A stretch of DNA of 64,000 nucleotides, from the NCBI GenBank assembly GCA_002269645.1, contig NIVC01004014.1, forward strand, positions 1 to 64,000, read 5' to 3'. Of the stretch, positions 12,371 to 25,737 are shown in pieces. The notes below the pieces were generated by a model. It was not told where the DNA came from and did no database searches. It saw only the letters and a program-made list of their open reading frames with translations. Origin of the DNA: Macrostomum lignano (lineage: Eukaryota). How positions within the stretch are numbered: position 1 is the stretch's first letter; each line of letters starts with the position of its first letter. The translations under genes were made by a program, and so were the position numbers.

Positions 12371-12982
12371 TTCCCTTACGTGTAATGTATCCCAATGAGC
12401 TCCACAAAGAATACCCCGTTTACCTGAATCGACCCAGTGGCCCTTTTCAACAGAGGCTCGCGTGCAGACTCGGTCCCGAAGCAGTGGTGGAGAATGACAG
12501 ACGGCAGGGAGAGTCACAGAGCTGAGGATTAAGGCTGAGCTGATACAGATTGACTCCCCCCGCAACTCGATTCAAAATGAGATTTCGTCCCGTCCCCCCG
12601 TCTCCCCAGTTCCCTCGCTACCATGGGCATGTCGCTAATCTCTGCAAGTCGTTTCGAATTTCTTCTCTATTCGAATTTTGCCGATCCTGTGTGCGCGGAA
12701 CCCCCACCCCCCCCCCTAGCTCTCTTGCTCTTCCCATTCGAATCCTGGTAGCTATGAGCGATAGGAGACCCACCGGCTTTAGTGAAAGACTGCATTTCTT
12801 CTTTCTCTATATATACATTCGCTTCATGCACTTGCCCCCAAGGCTATGACGCCTGTCTGAATGAGACTATGGCATTAATTTATGCTGGAGAGCTGCGCCT
12901 CTTTCGTAATCAGATAAGTCCTTAATGGCCCGCCACCGCTCTCCAGGCTTCTTCGCGCATCCGCTTCTACTTTTCTTCGCGG

Positions 12983-12987
<5 letters not shown>

Positions 12988-13057
<70 letters not shown>

Positions 13058-13117
13058 GTGAATTCTTCCATCCTTGCTCCTTGAGAGAGAGGGAGGGAGA
13101 GAGAGAGAGAGAGAGAG
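12988..13117. repeat. (CT)n tract followed by an inverted (GA)n tract
   Basis: (CT)n at 12988-13056, a spacer of about 26 nt, then GA-rich 13083-13117. Confidence 0.95.
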
Positions 13118-13264
13118 CTCAGATATTAAATACTTCAGTAAATTGGGCCTTCGAATCGAAGCAACAATTCAATTCTGAAGAGGTTCAAAGCTATTTGTTT
13201 TCTGACAGGCTCTTGTGCCACACAAGCGGTGCGTCAATAACTGAACACCGCCCATTTCGGGAGC

Positions 13265-13385
13265 GATGTGGGATAGCGGCAGTTCAGTGAGCCCCGAGGG
13301 GTATAGCGGCAGTTCACTGAGCTCCGATGGGTATAGCGGCAGTTCAGTGAGCTCCGAGGGGTATAGCGGCAGTTCACTGAGCGGA
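13265..13385. repeat. 30-bp tandem repeat, about 4 copies (gggtatagcggcagttcagtgagctccga)
   Basis: Direct periodicity; it produces the repeat ORF 13169..13405. Confidence 0.9.
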
Positions 13386-13944
13386 GGCTGAGCTTTTAAA
13401 CTCAACCCCCCTCAAGTTCATCTAGAAGAAGAGCTTCATTAGTGCGGCTGCATTGCGTGCTGAGGCTGGCAGCCAAAGTGGAAATTAATTGACAGATCAT
13501 GCAGCGGTCGTCTGCTTCGACAAAGGAGTAAAAGAAGCTTCAATCTTTTTACTTTTTGAATTGAAAGCCAAAAAATGACATGCTGCGATCTGCTTTGACG
13601 CAGCGCTTTCCTCAGAGGCTGGGAGCTTCATCTGGCATAGTGACAAAGTGGCTTTTAACAATGGCCCCAGTGAAGAGGCTGAGCACAACAACTCCCGAAA
13701 GGTAGGTAAAGTGAGGATGGGGATCTGGTCGACCCCGCGGTGCCTTCCCTCCCTGGCTGACAGCTGGCAGCCCGCGCTGCCCGGCGATTCTGCGGAAGTG
13801 GCGAATTTGTTTGGCCGCGCCTGTGCGGAGCGGCTGAGTGCCAAGCAGCTGGGCAGCCCGCCATTGTGTGGCTTGGCTGCGCTCTGGGGGCTCTGCCGCC
13901 TGCTCTAGGACAGGCTGCGAATGGCGTGGAACTGGATCTGATGC

Positions 13945-15290
13945 CTGTGCGCGCCTGACTGTGCCTGTGCGTGTCTGACTGCCTGTCTGTGCGTGTCTGA
14001 CTGCCTGCCTGTGCGTGTCTGACTGCCTGTCTGTGCGTGTCTGTCTGTCTGTGCGTGTCTGTTTGCCTGTGCGTGTCTGTCTGTCTGTGCGTGTCTGTCT
14101 GTCTGCCTGTGCGTGTCTGCCTGTCTGCCTGTGCGTGTCTGCCTGTCTGTCTGTGCGTGTCTGTCTGTCTGTCTGTCTGTGCGTGTCTGTTTGCCTGTGC
14201 GTGTCTGTCTGTCTGTGCGTGTCTGTCTGTCTGCCTGTGCGTGTCTGACTGCCTGTTTGTGCGTGTCTGCCTGCCTGTCTGTGCGTGTCTGACTGCCTGT
14301 CTGTGCGTGTCTGACTGCCTGTCTGTGCGTGTCTGTCTGTCTGCCTGTGCGTGTCTGTCTGTCTGCCTGTGCGTGTCTGCCTGTCTGCCTGTGCGTGTCT
14401 GACTGCCTGTTTGTGCGTGTCTGCCTGCCTGTCTGTGCGTGTCTGACTGCCTGTCTGTGCGTGTCTGACTGCCTGTCTGTGCGTGTCTGTCTGTCTGTGC
14501 GTGTCTGTTTGCCTGTGCGTGTCTGTCTGTCTGTGCGTGTCTGTCTGTCTGCCTGTGCGTGTCTGCCTGTCTGCCTGTGCGTGTCTGCCTGTCTGTCTGT
14601 GCGTGTCTGTCTGTCTGTCTGTCTGTGCGTGTCTGTTTGCCTGTGCGTGTCTGTCTGTCTGTGCGTGTCTGTCTGTCTGCCTGTGCGTGTCTGACTGCCT
14701 GTTTGTGCGTGTCTGCCTGCCTGTCTGTGCGTGTCTGACTGCCTGTCTGTGCGTGTCTGACTGCCTGTCTGTGCGTGTCTGTCTGTCTGCCTGTGCGTGT
14801 CTGTCTGTCTGCCTGTGCGTGTCTGCCTGTCTGCCTGTGCGTGTCTGACTGCCTGTTTGTGCGTGTCTGCCTGCCTGTCTGTGCGTGTCTGACTGCCTGT
14901 CTGTGCGTGTCTGACTGCCTGTCTGTGCGTGTCTGTCTGTCTGCCTGTGCGTGTCTGTCTGTCTGCCTGTGCGTGTCTGACTGTCTGTCTGTGCGTGTCT
15001 GACTGCCTGTCTGTGCGTGTCTGTCTGTCTGCCTGTGCGTGTCTGACTGCCTGTCTGTGCGTGTCTGACTGCCTGTCTGTGCGTGTCTGTCTGTCTGTCT
15101 GTGCGTGTCTGACTGTCTGTCTGTCTGTCTGTCTGCCTGTGCGTGTCTGTCTGTCTGCCTGTGCGTGTCTGCAGATCTCTGTCCTGCCAGTCTGTCTGTC
15201 TGTCTGTCTGTCTATCTGTCTTAGTGTCTGTCTATCTGTCTTAATGTCTGTCTGCCTGTCTGTCTATTTGTCTGTCTATTTGTCTGTCTG
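13945..15290. repeat. Complex GTCT/GTGC satellite with a 446-bp higher-order duplication
   Basis: ORFs 14037..14402 and 14483..14848 are identical, an offset of 446 bp. ORFs 14329 and 14775 share the same offset. Confidence 0.93.
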
Positions 15291-15683
15291 TCTCATATCA
15301 CAATCCAAGTCAGAATATTCTTGTAGTTATTCTCGTAAATGTTATCTCTTTCCTTTGTTAGCAATTCTCACGAAGTACTGAAATATTGAATTTTTCCTGT
15401 GCTAAGTGTGGAGTCGTGTCCGTCCAGTGTATCGAGTTTTGGCCGTTGTGTCGATCATTCTGAATCCTGCAAGATTTCTATCAATAATACAGAGCTGCCT
15501 CACAACTCAAGAATTATTGATTTTCGCTGAGCTTCTGTCTGTTAGAAGAGGCTGTTTTAAGATGAAGACAAACTGTGAATCTGTTCAAGTGAAAATTCTG
15601 ACTGTCGGACGGACGGAGGGTCTCCATTCATCTCAATATCCCCTTTGCACCTTGAGATTTCTCACGTTTCTCAGAATGCTGAT

Positions 15684-16525
15684 TTAGGGCTTAATTAATA
15701 TCAAAATGATTAAACTACGCTTGTGGTTAAACTGGTTGAATGATTGATTTTTGATTGATTGGTTTCCCGGCTGTCGCCTGCTGTAGCAATCTCTTGCTGT
15801 AGCAATGTGGCCGGCCTTGTGGCAGTTGTAGCAGATGATGTCAGACTTCGAACGGTGCTGCGGTCTCGTTGTGCTACTCGTCCTCACTCCACAGGCTGCC
15901 AGCTGCTGCAGCTGGGAACTCAGGGTGCTCACCGATGCCTGCAGACTCTGTCCCGCAGCTCCTGAACTTCGCTGGATTGGCTCGACTGAGGTTGCACCGC
16001 TGCTGCTGGGATGCTTGGCGAGCTGTGCTGCATCAGTAGCTGGGCCTTTTGGAGCGCTTGCTCTGAGGTCTTAACGCTGGAGTCCGTGCGAATCTGCCAG
16101 CTCACGGATTCGGGAAGGCCACAGACGAACTGATGGAACAGCAAAGCCTCTTGAGCATCTTTGTTGTCCACGGAGGAGCTTTTGAGCATCTTCTTTAACT
16201 CGTAAAGATACATGCGTGGAGTCTCATTCGACAAAATCTTCCTTGATTTTAACGCCTCCATGACGGCGAAGTGCTCGCGGTTCGGGTGGAATGCATCATC
16301 CAATGCCTGGACTACTTTGTCGTAGTCTGCCTGATCTCCTGCCGACAGTTCCAAATAAACGACGAGAGCCTCGCCATCCAAAAATGTGGCCAGTCGCTCC
16401 GCTTTGCACGTCTCCCACTTGTTGACTTTTGCGCATACATTGAAACGCTGCAGCCATTCCTTAAAGTTGCCGGTACTGAAAACTCTGGGCAGCGCTGCAC
16501 TGGCGGTCAAACCTTTCTCAGCCAT
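15684..16525 (-). pseudogene. Ty3/Gypsy-like gag (capsid plus CCHC zinc knuckle), frameshifted and 3'-truncated
   Basis: FSTGNFKEWLQRFNVCAKVNKW...LATFLDGEALVVY...FHQFVCGLPES is typical retrotransposon gag. The adjacent frame 15684..15932 carries CYNCHKAGHIATARDC, a zinc knuckle with two extra residues. No pol follows. Confidence 0.85.
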
Positions 16526-16539
16526 TCTAGAATAATTTG

Positions 16540-16768
16540 CTCTGCTACCAGTTGTAGACTAAGGCAGAGAGATACAACTGAGAGTTGACGAAGCCTCTTG
16601 GCGTTTATTAGATCGATACGCAGGTTAAATACGATACAACGATTGTTACATAACTGGGTATAAAAGATAGAGACAGGGGTGGGTGAAAAGCACGTACATG
16701 CTGTACAATAGCAACCCCCACCCCGCTCTAGCGACTGGCGCATACAAGTACACTTGCAACTCACTACA
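16540..16768 (-). mobile_element. 5' LTR (16553-16768) and primer-binding site (16540-16550) of the gag element
   Basis: On the minus strand the segment starts TGTAG and ends CTACA (216 bp). It is followed by ac and TGGTAGCAGAG, which is complementary to the 3' end of initiator tRNA-Met. The gag ATG is 15 nt further on. Confidence 0.85.
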
Positions 16769-17345
16769 GATTGGTTGATTGGTTGGTTGATTGATTGGTT
16801 GGTTGATTGATTGGTTGGTTGATTGATTGGTTGGTTGATTGGTTGATTGATTGATTGGTTGGTTGATTGATTTGTTGATTGATTGGTTGGTTGATTGATT
16901 GGTTGATTGATTGATTGGTTGGTTGATTGATTGATTGGTTGATTGATTGATTGGTTGATTGATTGATTGGTTGGTTGATTGATTTGTTGATTGATTGGTT
17001 GATTGATTGATTGGTTGGTTGATTGATTTGTTGATTGATTGATTGGTTGGTTGATTGGTTGATTGATTGACTGACTGATTGATTGATTGATTGATTGATT
17101 GTTTGTTTGATATTTTGATTGACTGATTGATTGGTTGGTTGATTGATTGTTTGATATTTTGATTGACTGATTGATTGGTTGGTTGATTGGTTGGTTGATT
17201 GGTTGGTTGATTGGTTGGTTGATTGGTTGATTGGTTGGTTGATTGGTTGGTTGATTGACTGACTCACCGACTGATTGATTGATAGTTTGTTTGATATTTT
17301 GATTGGTTTTGAAACGGTTAGAAATATTGGTTTATTGATTGATTC
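16769..17345. repeat. (GATT/GGTT)n compound microsatellite
   Basis: Direct reading; it begins at the LTR edge. Confidence 0.95.
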
Positions 17346-17820
17346 CTAAGCTGCTACTTGACACAAAACAGGTGGGGAGTCTGACTGATCGATGCACTGA
17401 ATTCATTGAACTCAAGCCACAAAGTCAGCTGATTGCTGCTGCATCAGGCAGCTCTCGGTCTCCCTGTCTCCGTTTTTACGATTGACTATATTTGAGATGT
17501 TGAAACAGCCACGTCCACGCCTGTTTAATTTTTTATTAACTACCTGTGCAGCCAAACAATTGTACAATCCTGATCCTGGGATCCCTGTCTAACCAGAAGC
17601 AAATTAGCAAGTGAAGCAAGGATAAAAACCGATATTGTCGCCGCGAGCGATTATATACAGCAGCTGTAGAGCGATTTGCACTTTAAGATAATTATTGACT
17701 GAAGCACAGGCATGCTATAGTAATGCAAAAGTATTTGTAGTTTCTAAAAATGCTTTCTTTGTTAAAAGCGAGCGATTTAAGTGGAGAAAAATAACTTCGT
17801 GTCTGAATTCATCTTCGTTA

Positions 17821-18705
17821 CAAGATCACACAGGATCACACAGGATCACACAGGATTCCACAAGATCACACAAGATCATACAGGATCACACAGGATCCCA
17901 CAAGATCACGCAAGATCACACAGGATCACACGGGATCACACAGGATCATACAGGATCACACAGGATCACACAGGATCACACAGGATCATACAGGATCACA
18001 TAGGATCACACAGGATCACATAGGATCACACAGGATCACACAGGATCACACAAGATCATACAGGATCACACAGGATCCCACAAGATCACACAAGATCACA
18101 CAGGATCACACAGTATCACACAGGATCACACAGGATCAAACAGGATCACAAAGGATCCCACAGGATCACACAGGATCACATAGGATCAAACAGGATCACA
18201 TAGGATCACACAGGATCACACAGGATCACACAGGATCACACAGGATCACAAAGGATCCCACAGGATCACACAGGATCACACAGGATCACACAGGATCACA
18301 CAGGATCACACAGGATCACACAGTATCACACAGGATCACACAGGATCAAACAGGATCACATAGGATCACACAGGATCACACAGGATCACACAGGATCACA
18401 CAGGATCACACAGGATCACACAGGATCAAACAGGATCACATAGGATCACATAGGATCACACAGGATCATACAGGATCACACAGGATCCCACAAGATCACA
18501 CAAGATCACACAGGATCACACAGTATCACACAGTATCACACAGGATCAAACAGGATCACAAAGGATCCCACAGGATCACACAGGATCACACAGGATCAAA
18601 CAGGATCACATAGGATCACACAGGATCATACAGGATCATACAGGATCACATAGGATCACACAGGATCACACAGTATCACAAAGGATCACACAGTATCCCA
18701 AAGGA
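17821..18705. repeat. 10-bp minisatellite (caggatcaca), about 88 copies
   Basis: Direct periodicity. Confidence 0.97.
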
Positions 18706-19089
18706 TCCTGCTAATTAGCTCACTACAATTTGACAAAGAAAGTTTGTTCAAGACGAATCTTCTGTACGAAATTAAATCTCTTTCACAGTGGATTTTGAAG
18801 AATATTTTTGCAAAGACATTCGCATTAATTAAGTTTCTCATGCGAGTAAAAATGATACTAGTGCAAATCATTATCATAATGGCCTGTCACTTTGAGCTTG
18901 CTAACCTGTAGCTCCTCAGTAGAATAGCTAATAAGGGATAAAAGAAACTTTGCCAAATTAGAAAATTTCTGTTCAGGGTCACGCGCGTAGTTCGACTAAT
19001 GGGGGTTCCTTTCGAAATGAACTTTTTAAATAGAAGCATTACTATGGTTGGCTCCGTTTTTAAGGGGGAGATGGAGGGGTGCATTGAGG

Positions 19090-19545
19090 CACTGTATAGA
19101 TCACACTGAGACACTGTATAGATCACACTGAGGTACTGTATAGATCACACTGAGGTACTGTATAGATTACACTGAGGTACTGTATAGATCACACTGAGAC
19201 ACTGTATAGATCACACTGAGACAATGTATAGATCACACTGAGGTACTGTATAGATCACACTGAGGCACTGTATAGATCACACTGAGGTACTGTATAGATC
19301 ACACTGAGGTACTGTATAGATCACACTGAGACAATGTATAGATCACACTGAGGTACTGTATAGATCACACTGAGACACTGTATAGATCACACTGAGGTAC
19401 TGTATAGATCACACTGAGGTACTGTATAGATCACACTGAGGTACTGTATAGATCACACTGAGGTACTGTATAGATCATACTGAGGCACTGTATAGATCAC
19501 ACTGACACACTGTATAGATCACACTGACACACTGTATAGATCACG
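19090..19545. repeat. 22-bp minisatellite (actgtatagatcacactgaggt), about 21 copies
   Basis: Direct periodicity. Confidence 0.95.
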
Positions 19546-20961
19546 ATGAGGGACTGTATGGACCCCGTCTGAGGCAAATCACTAACTGTGTGATAATTTT
19601 AGCCACATTGTAAGAGACTGTAGGACACTATACAGGTCACGCAGCTACACCAAGGCAAACTCCATAAAGGCTGTGTTATGGCAGACCAGATTAGTACAGA
19701 CAATGGGCAGATGCCGCTGCAGCAATAAAAGTGCGCACAACCCACCTCTGAATCGAATCTTCGCCCCCACGCCGAGCCCCGCACGCACTCCCCAATTGCG
19801 GTGGTGTCAAAATTTGCCGCATAAAATAAGGAACACCTGAATTGCTGCTGTGGGTCGGAGGTGCGCGGACAGCCCGCGGTGAATCGCCTGGCGCAAAAGG
19901 TGAGAGTGCCGGCCCGAACCGCTCTGCGCCACTGAACGCCAAATTCTGACAGCCGCGCGAAAGTGGATAGCGGCCACGCTCGTACCAGCTGCCGGCTTCC
20001 CTCGGCTGTGGCTCTTTGGGATTTTCTTCCCTTATTCTCACTGGCCCTCTGCATTCTCTGTTTCTTACGACTACCTTATCAGCTGTCACTTCTCTCCCCA
20101 GCCCCTGCTGAGCTAAGGACCAACATCCATCTCTACTCTTCTCTCGCCTCTCGCCTATCATCTCTCTTCTCTCATCTCTCTCACCTCTCTTCTCTCGTCT
20201 CTCATCCCTCTGGCCTTTTATTTTTCGTCTCTCATCTCTCTTCTCTCATCTTTCTTGTCTCTCATCTCTCTCGCCTCTCATCTCTTATCTCTCTTCTCTA
20301 TTAGAGAGCATACACTCAGAGTTTCACTAGGCCGCAAATTTTCTCACCTAAAAGCGTGTGGCTAATCTTCCAGGCTCCGCATGCCTCATCATCAAATAAT
20401 TAATGCTTAGCCAAGCGCCAGAGTCGGCACGGCTCGTTCGGCCAGCTTGCGGCTCTGGGAAAAATCTGCACCGGGGGCTCTACTCAAAAACTCCATCTCA
20501 TCCCCGCCCCGTCGTCTCCTTTCGGATTCCTCATCCTCTCATCCCGCCGGCAAGGTCGGGAGCCACCGACGCTGAGGAGCCGCTGATGAGCAAGATCCCG
20601 CCAACTAGATTAGATAAGAAATCCCTAAGCAAAATGCTCAGAGCCGATGCTGTCCCATTATGCCTCTGTTCTCATTCAGTTGGACACGTTCGAGCGCCCG
20701 TGCCGTCCCCTCCCCAGCCGCAGTTGCTCTGGGGACTCGATCGGGACACGATCTGAGGGAGAACTGCGGCATTGCATCTGGAGGCATTGCACCTGGGTAG
20801 TAGATAGTTTTCACTGCTGCAATCGCTAGCTGTACTCATAGTAGTGATTCGGATTATGGCATTTAATGGAATTTAATAATTGGAAAACTTTGATTTGTGC
20901 ATCGAATATTGCTGTGCAGTGAGCACTGAGCAGAGTGACTGCCTTAGCTGCTGTTATGCTT

Positions 20962-23900
20962 GCTGAGCTATTTTCTTTCTGAGCTACTTTCTGAGCTACT
21001 GCCTCAGCTACTTTCTGAGCTACTGCCCCAGCTAATTTCTGAGCTACTGTCTGAGCTACTTTCTGAGCTACTGCCCCAGCTAATTTCTGAGCTACTGCCC
21101 CAGCTACTTTCTGAGCTACTGTCTGAGCTACTGTCTGAGCTACTGCCTGAGCTACTTTCTGAGCTACTGCCCCAGCTACTTTCTGAGCTACTTTGTGAGC
21201 TACTTTCTGAGCTACTGCCTGAGCTACTTTCTGAGCTACTGTCTGAGCTACTTTCTGAGCTACTTTCTGAGCTACTTTCTGAGCTACTGCCCCAGCTACT
21301 TTCTGAGCTACTGTCTGAGCTACTTTCTGAGCTACTGCCCCATCTACTTTCTGAGCTACTGTCTGAGCTACTGTCTGAGCTACTGCCTGAGCTACTTTCT
21401 GAGCTACTGCCTTAGCTACTCTCTGAGATTCTTTGTGAGCTACTTTCTGAGCTACTGTCTAAGCTACTTTCTGAGCTACTGTCTGGGCTATGTCTGGGCT
21501 ACTTTCTGAGCAACTTTCTGAGCTACTTTCTGAGCTACTTTCTGGGCTACTTTCTGAGCTACTGAATGAGCTACCAGCTACGAGCGTACTTTCTGAGCTA
21601 CTGCCTGAGCTACTTTCTGAGCTACTGTCTGAGCTACTTTCTGAGCTACTGCCCCAGCTACTTTCTGAGCTACTGTCTGAGCTACTGTCTGAGCTACTGC
21701 CTGAGCTACTTTCTGAGCTACTGCCTTAGCTACTGTCTGAGATACTTTGTGAGCTACTTTCTGAGCTACTGTCTGGGCTATGTCTGGGCTACTTTCTGAG
21801 CTACTTTCTGAGCTACTTTCTGGGCTACTGTCTGGGCTACTTTGTGAGCTACTTTCTGAGCTACTTTGTGAGCTACTGCATGAGCTACTGCATGAGCTAC
21901 TGCATGAGCTACTGCATCAGCTACTGCATCAGCTACTTTCTGAGCTACTGCATGAGCTACTGCATGAGCTACTGCATGAGCTACTGCATGAGCTACCAGC
22001 TACGAGCGTACTTTCTGAGCTACTTTCTGAGCTACTTTCTGGGCTACTGTCTGGGCTACTTTCTGAGCTACTTTCTGAGCTACTTTCTGAGCTACTGCAT
22101 GAGCTACTGCATGAGCTACTGCATGAGCTACTGCATGAGCTACTGCATGAGCTACCAGCTACGAGCGTACTGTCTGAGCTACTTTCTGAGCTACTTTCTG
22201 AGCTACTTTCTGAGCTACTGTCTGAGCTATTTTCTGAGCTACTTTCTGAGCTACTGTCTGAGCTATTTTCTGAGCTACTTTCTTAGCTACTTTCTGAGCT
22301 ACTTTCTGAGCTACTGCATGAGCTACCAGCTACGAGCGTACTTTCTGAGCTACTTTCTGAGCTACTTTCTGGGCTACTGTCTGGGCTACTGTCTGGGCTA
22401 CTTTCTGAGCTACTTTCTGAGCTACTTTCTGTGCTACTTTCTGAGCTACTTTCTGAGCTACTTTCTGAGCTGCTTTCTGAGCTACTTTCTGAGCTACTGC
22501 ATGAGCTACTGCATGAGCTACCAGCTACGAGCGTACTTTCTGAGCTAACTTCTGAGCTACTTTCTGGGCTACTGTCTGGGCTACTTTCTGGGCTACTGTT
22601 TGGGCTACTTTCTGGGCTACTTTCTGAGCTACTTTCTGAGCTACTGTCTGAGCTATTTTCTGAGCTACTTTCTGAGCTACTGCATGAGCTACCAGCTACG
22701 AGCGTACTTTCTGAGCTACTTTCTGAGCTACTTTCTGGGCTACTGTCTGGGCTACTGTCTGGGCTACTTTCTGAGCTACTTTCTGAGCTACTTTCTGTGC
22801 TACTTTCTGAGCTACTTTCTGAGCTACTTTCTGAGCTGCTTTCTGAGCTACTTTCTGAGCTACTGCATGAGCTACTGCATGAGCTACCAGCTACGAGCGT
22901 ACTTTCTGAGCTAACTTCTGAGCTACTTTCTGGGCTACTGTCTGGGCTACTTTCTGGGCTACTGTTTGGGCTACTTTCTGGGCTACTTTCTGAGCTACTT
23001 TCTGAGCTACTGTCTGAGCTATTTTCTGAGCTACTTTCTGAGCTACTTTCTGGGCTACTTTCTGAGCTACTGAATGAGCTACCAGCTACGAGCGTACTTT
23101 CTGAGCTACTGCCTGAGCTACTTTCTGAGCTACTGTCTGAGCTACTTTCTGAGCTACTTTCTGAGCTACTTTCTGAGCTACTGCCCCAGCTACTTTCTGA
23201 GCTACTGTCTGAGCTACTTTCTGAGCTACTGCCCCAGCTACTTTCTGAGCTACTGTCTGAGCTACTGTCTGAGCTACTGCCTGAGCTACTTTCTGAGCTA
23301 CTGCCTTAGCTACTGTCTGAGATACTTTGTGAGCTACTTTCTGAGCTACTGTCTGAGCTACTTTCTGAGCTACTGTCTGGGCTATGTCTGGGCTACTTTC
23401 TGAGCTACTTTCTGAGCTACTTTCTGGGCTACTGTCTGGGCTACTTTGTGAGCTACTGCATGAGCTACTACATGAGCTACTGCATCAGCTACTGCATCAG
23501 CTACTTTCTGAGCTACTGCATGAGCTACTGCATGAGCTACTGCATGAGCTACCAGCTACGAGCGTACTTTCTGAGCTACTTTCTGAGCAACTTTCTGGGC
23601 TACTGTCTGGGCTACTTTCTGAGCAACTTTCTGAGCTACTTTCTGAGCTACTTTCTGAGCTACTTTCTGAGCTACTGCATGAGCTACTGCATGAGCTACC
23701 AGCTACGAGCGTACTTTCTGAGCTACTTTCTGAGCTACTTTCTGGGCTACTGTCTGGGCTACTTTCTGGGCTACTTTCTGAGCTACTTTCTGAGCTACTG
23801 TCTGAGCTATTTTCTGAGCTACTTTCTGAGCTACTTTCTGAGCTACTGCATGAGCTACTGCATGAGCTACCAGCTACGAGCGTACTGTCTGGGCTACTTT

Positions 23901-24205
23901 CTGAGCTTCTTTCTGAGCTACTTTCTGTGCTACTTTCTGAGCTACTTTCTGAGCTACTTTCTGAGCTACTGCATGAGCTACTGCATGAGCTACTGCATGA
24001 GCTACCAGCTACGAGCGTACTTTCTGGGCTACTTTCTGGGCTACTTTCTGAGCTACTTTCTGAGCTACTTTCTGGGCTACTTTCTGAGCTACTTTCTGAG
24101 CTACTTTCTGGGCTACTTTCTGAGCTACTTTCTGAGCTACTTTCTGAGCTTCTTTCTGAGCTACTGCATGAGCTACCAGCTACGAGCGTACTTTCTGAGC
24201 TACTT
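20962..24205. repeat. 12-bp minisatellite (tctgagctactt and variants), about 3.2 kb, with higher-order blocks
   Basis: Direct periodicity. Variant markers recur, e.g. gtgctac at 22431 and 22797. It is the source of the LLSE/SYFL ORFs. Confidence 0.97.
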
Positions 24206-24894
24206 TCTACGCTAATTCTAAGCTACTTTATAAGAATAACGTTTAGCTATCTTCTGAAATGTTCTCTCTGGTCTAATTTCTATTTTAAAGTTTTAACATG
24301 TAGCTTTCAGCAGAAATGGCAGCACAAAAAATTGCGTTGCTACTAAAAGTAGTAAAATCAGAAATCAATCGTCGCCGATAATAAGTAGCTCGGTCATCGC
24401 CATTAGCCTAGCGGGCCGACGCGGCGCACTTGTTGAAAATTGTTAGGAGACATTTTTCGTTGAAGCAAAATGCATTTTTCAATTAAAGAAGCAACTCTTC
24501 TTGAAGCCGTGGGACTCGAGTAAGTTGAGAGGCATTTAATAGAGCACCGCGGCCCGCGTCCATCAGTCAGGCCCTGGGGTCGCGGCAATTCGCAACTCAA
24601 TTCGGTAACTCAGTTATCGCGATCGGTCTGGGCGGGGCGGCCTGGAAACTCGACCTGGGAAGTTGCTGCGCTCCGCATTCCCGAGGGGGGTGGCTGAGAG
24701 ACTTCCACGGCGGATGGGCGGCGAGAAATGAATTTCCTAATTTCTATCGTGAGGCAGCTGGAGACAGACTGTGCGAAATCGCTTTTCAGTTTCTTTGATG
24801 TCTGCTCGACGGGCCTGCGGATTATTGGATTCTGCTTCTAGAGATCTGGATTAGCTTCCGAACTTAAAAAGCTTTCAATGTGGGTCGTTTGCTT

Positions 24895-25737
24895 CTAACC
24901 AGTGTCATTAGCTCCCGAATAGTGTCATTGGCTCCTGACCAGTGTCATTAGCTCCCGATCAGTGTCATTAGCTCCCAATTAGTGTCATTAGCTCCTAATC
25001 AGTGTCATTAGCTCCTGACCACTGTCATTAGCTCCCGATCAGTGTCATTAGCTCCCAATCAGTGTCATTATCTCCTGACCAGTGTCATTAGCTCCCGACC
25101 AGTGCCGTTAGCTCCCGATTAGTGTCATTACCTCCCAATCAGTGTCATTAGCTCCCAATCAGTGTCATTAGCTTCCGATCAGTGTCATTAGCTCCTAATC
25201 AGTGTCATTACCTCCCAATCAGTGTCATTAGCTCCTAATCAGTGTCATTAGCTCCCGATCAGTGTCATTAGCTCCCGACCAGTGCCGTTAGCTCCCGATT
25301 AGTGTCATTACCTCCCAATCAGTGTCATTAGCTCCCAATCAGTGTCATTAGCTCCTAATCAGTGTCATTAGCTCCCGATCAGTGTCATTAGCTCCCGACC
25401 AGTGCCGTTAGCTCCCGATTAGTGTCATTACCTCCCAATCAGTGTCATTAGCTCCCAATCAGTGTCATTAGCTTCCGATCAGTGTCATTAGCTCCCGACC
25501 AGTGTCATTAGCTCCCGACCAGTGTCATTAGCTCCCGATCAGTGTCATTAGCTTCCGATCAGTGTCATTAGCTTCCGATCAGTGTCATTAGCTCCCGATC
25601 AGTGTCATTAGCTCCCGATTAGTGTCATTAGCTCCCGACCAGTGTCATTAGCTTCCGACCAGTGTCATTAGCTCCCGACCAGTGTCATTAGCTTCCGACC
25701 AGTGTCATTAGCTTCCGATCAGTGTCATTAGCTCCTG
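24895..25737. repeat. 20-bp minisatellite (cagtgtcattagctcccgat), about 42 copies
   Basis: Direct periodicity; it ends about 260 bp upstream of the Kv1 ATG. Confidence 0.97.

Noticed and set aside
10364-13908. Medium ORFs at 10364-10929, 11418-11750 and 13497-13908
   Set aside because: No domain similarity or clear codon bias; they may be UTR or decayed elements.
20960-24346. Long ORFs LLSELLSE/SYFLSY as leucine-rich proteins
   Set aside because: They are translations of the 12-bp array. Several frames are open, there is no unique domain and there is no splice context.
24895-25737. CRISPR array (also considered for the 28-, 40- and 55-bp arrays)
   Set aside because: Units are contiguous with no unique spacers, there are no cas genes and the context is eukaryotic.
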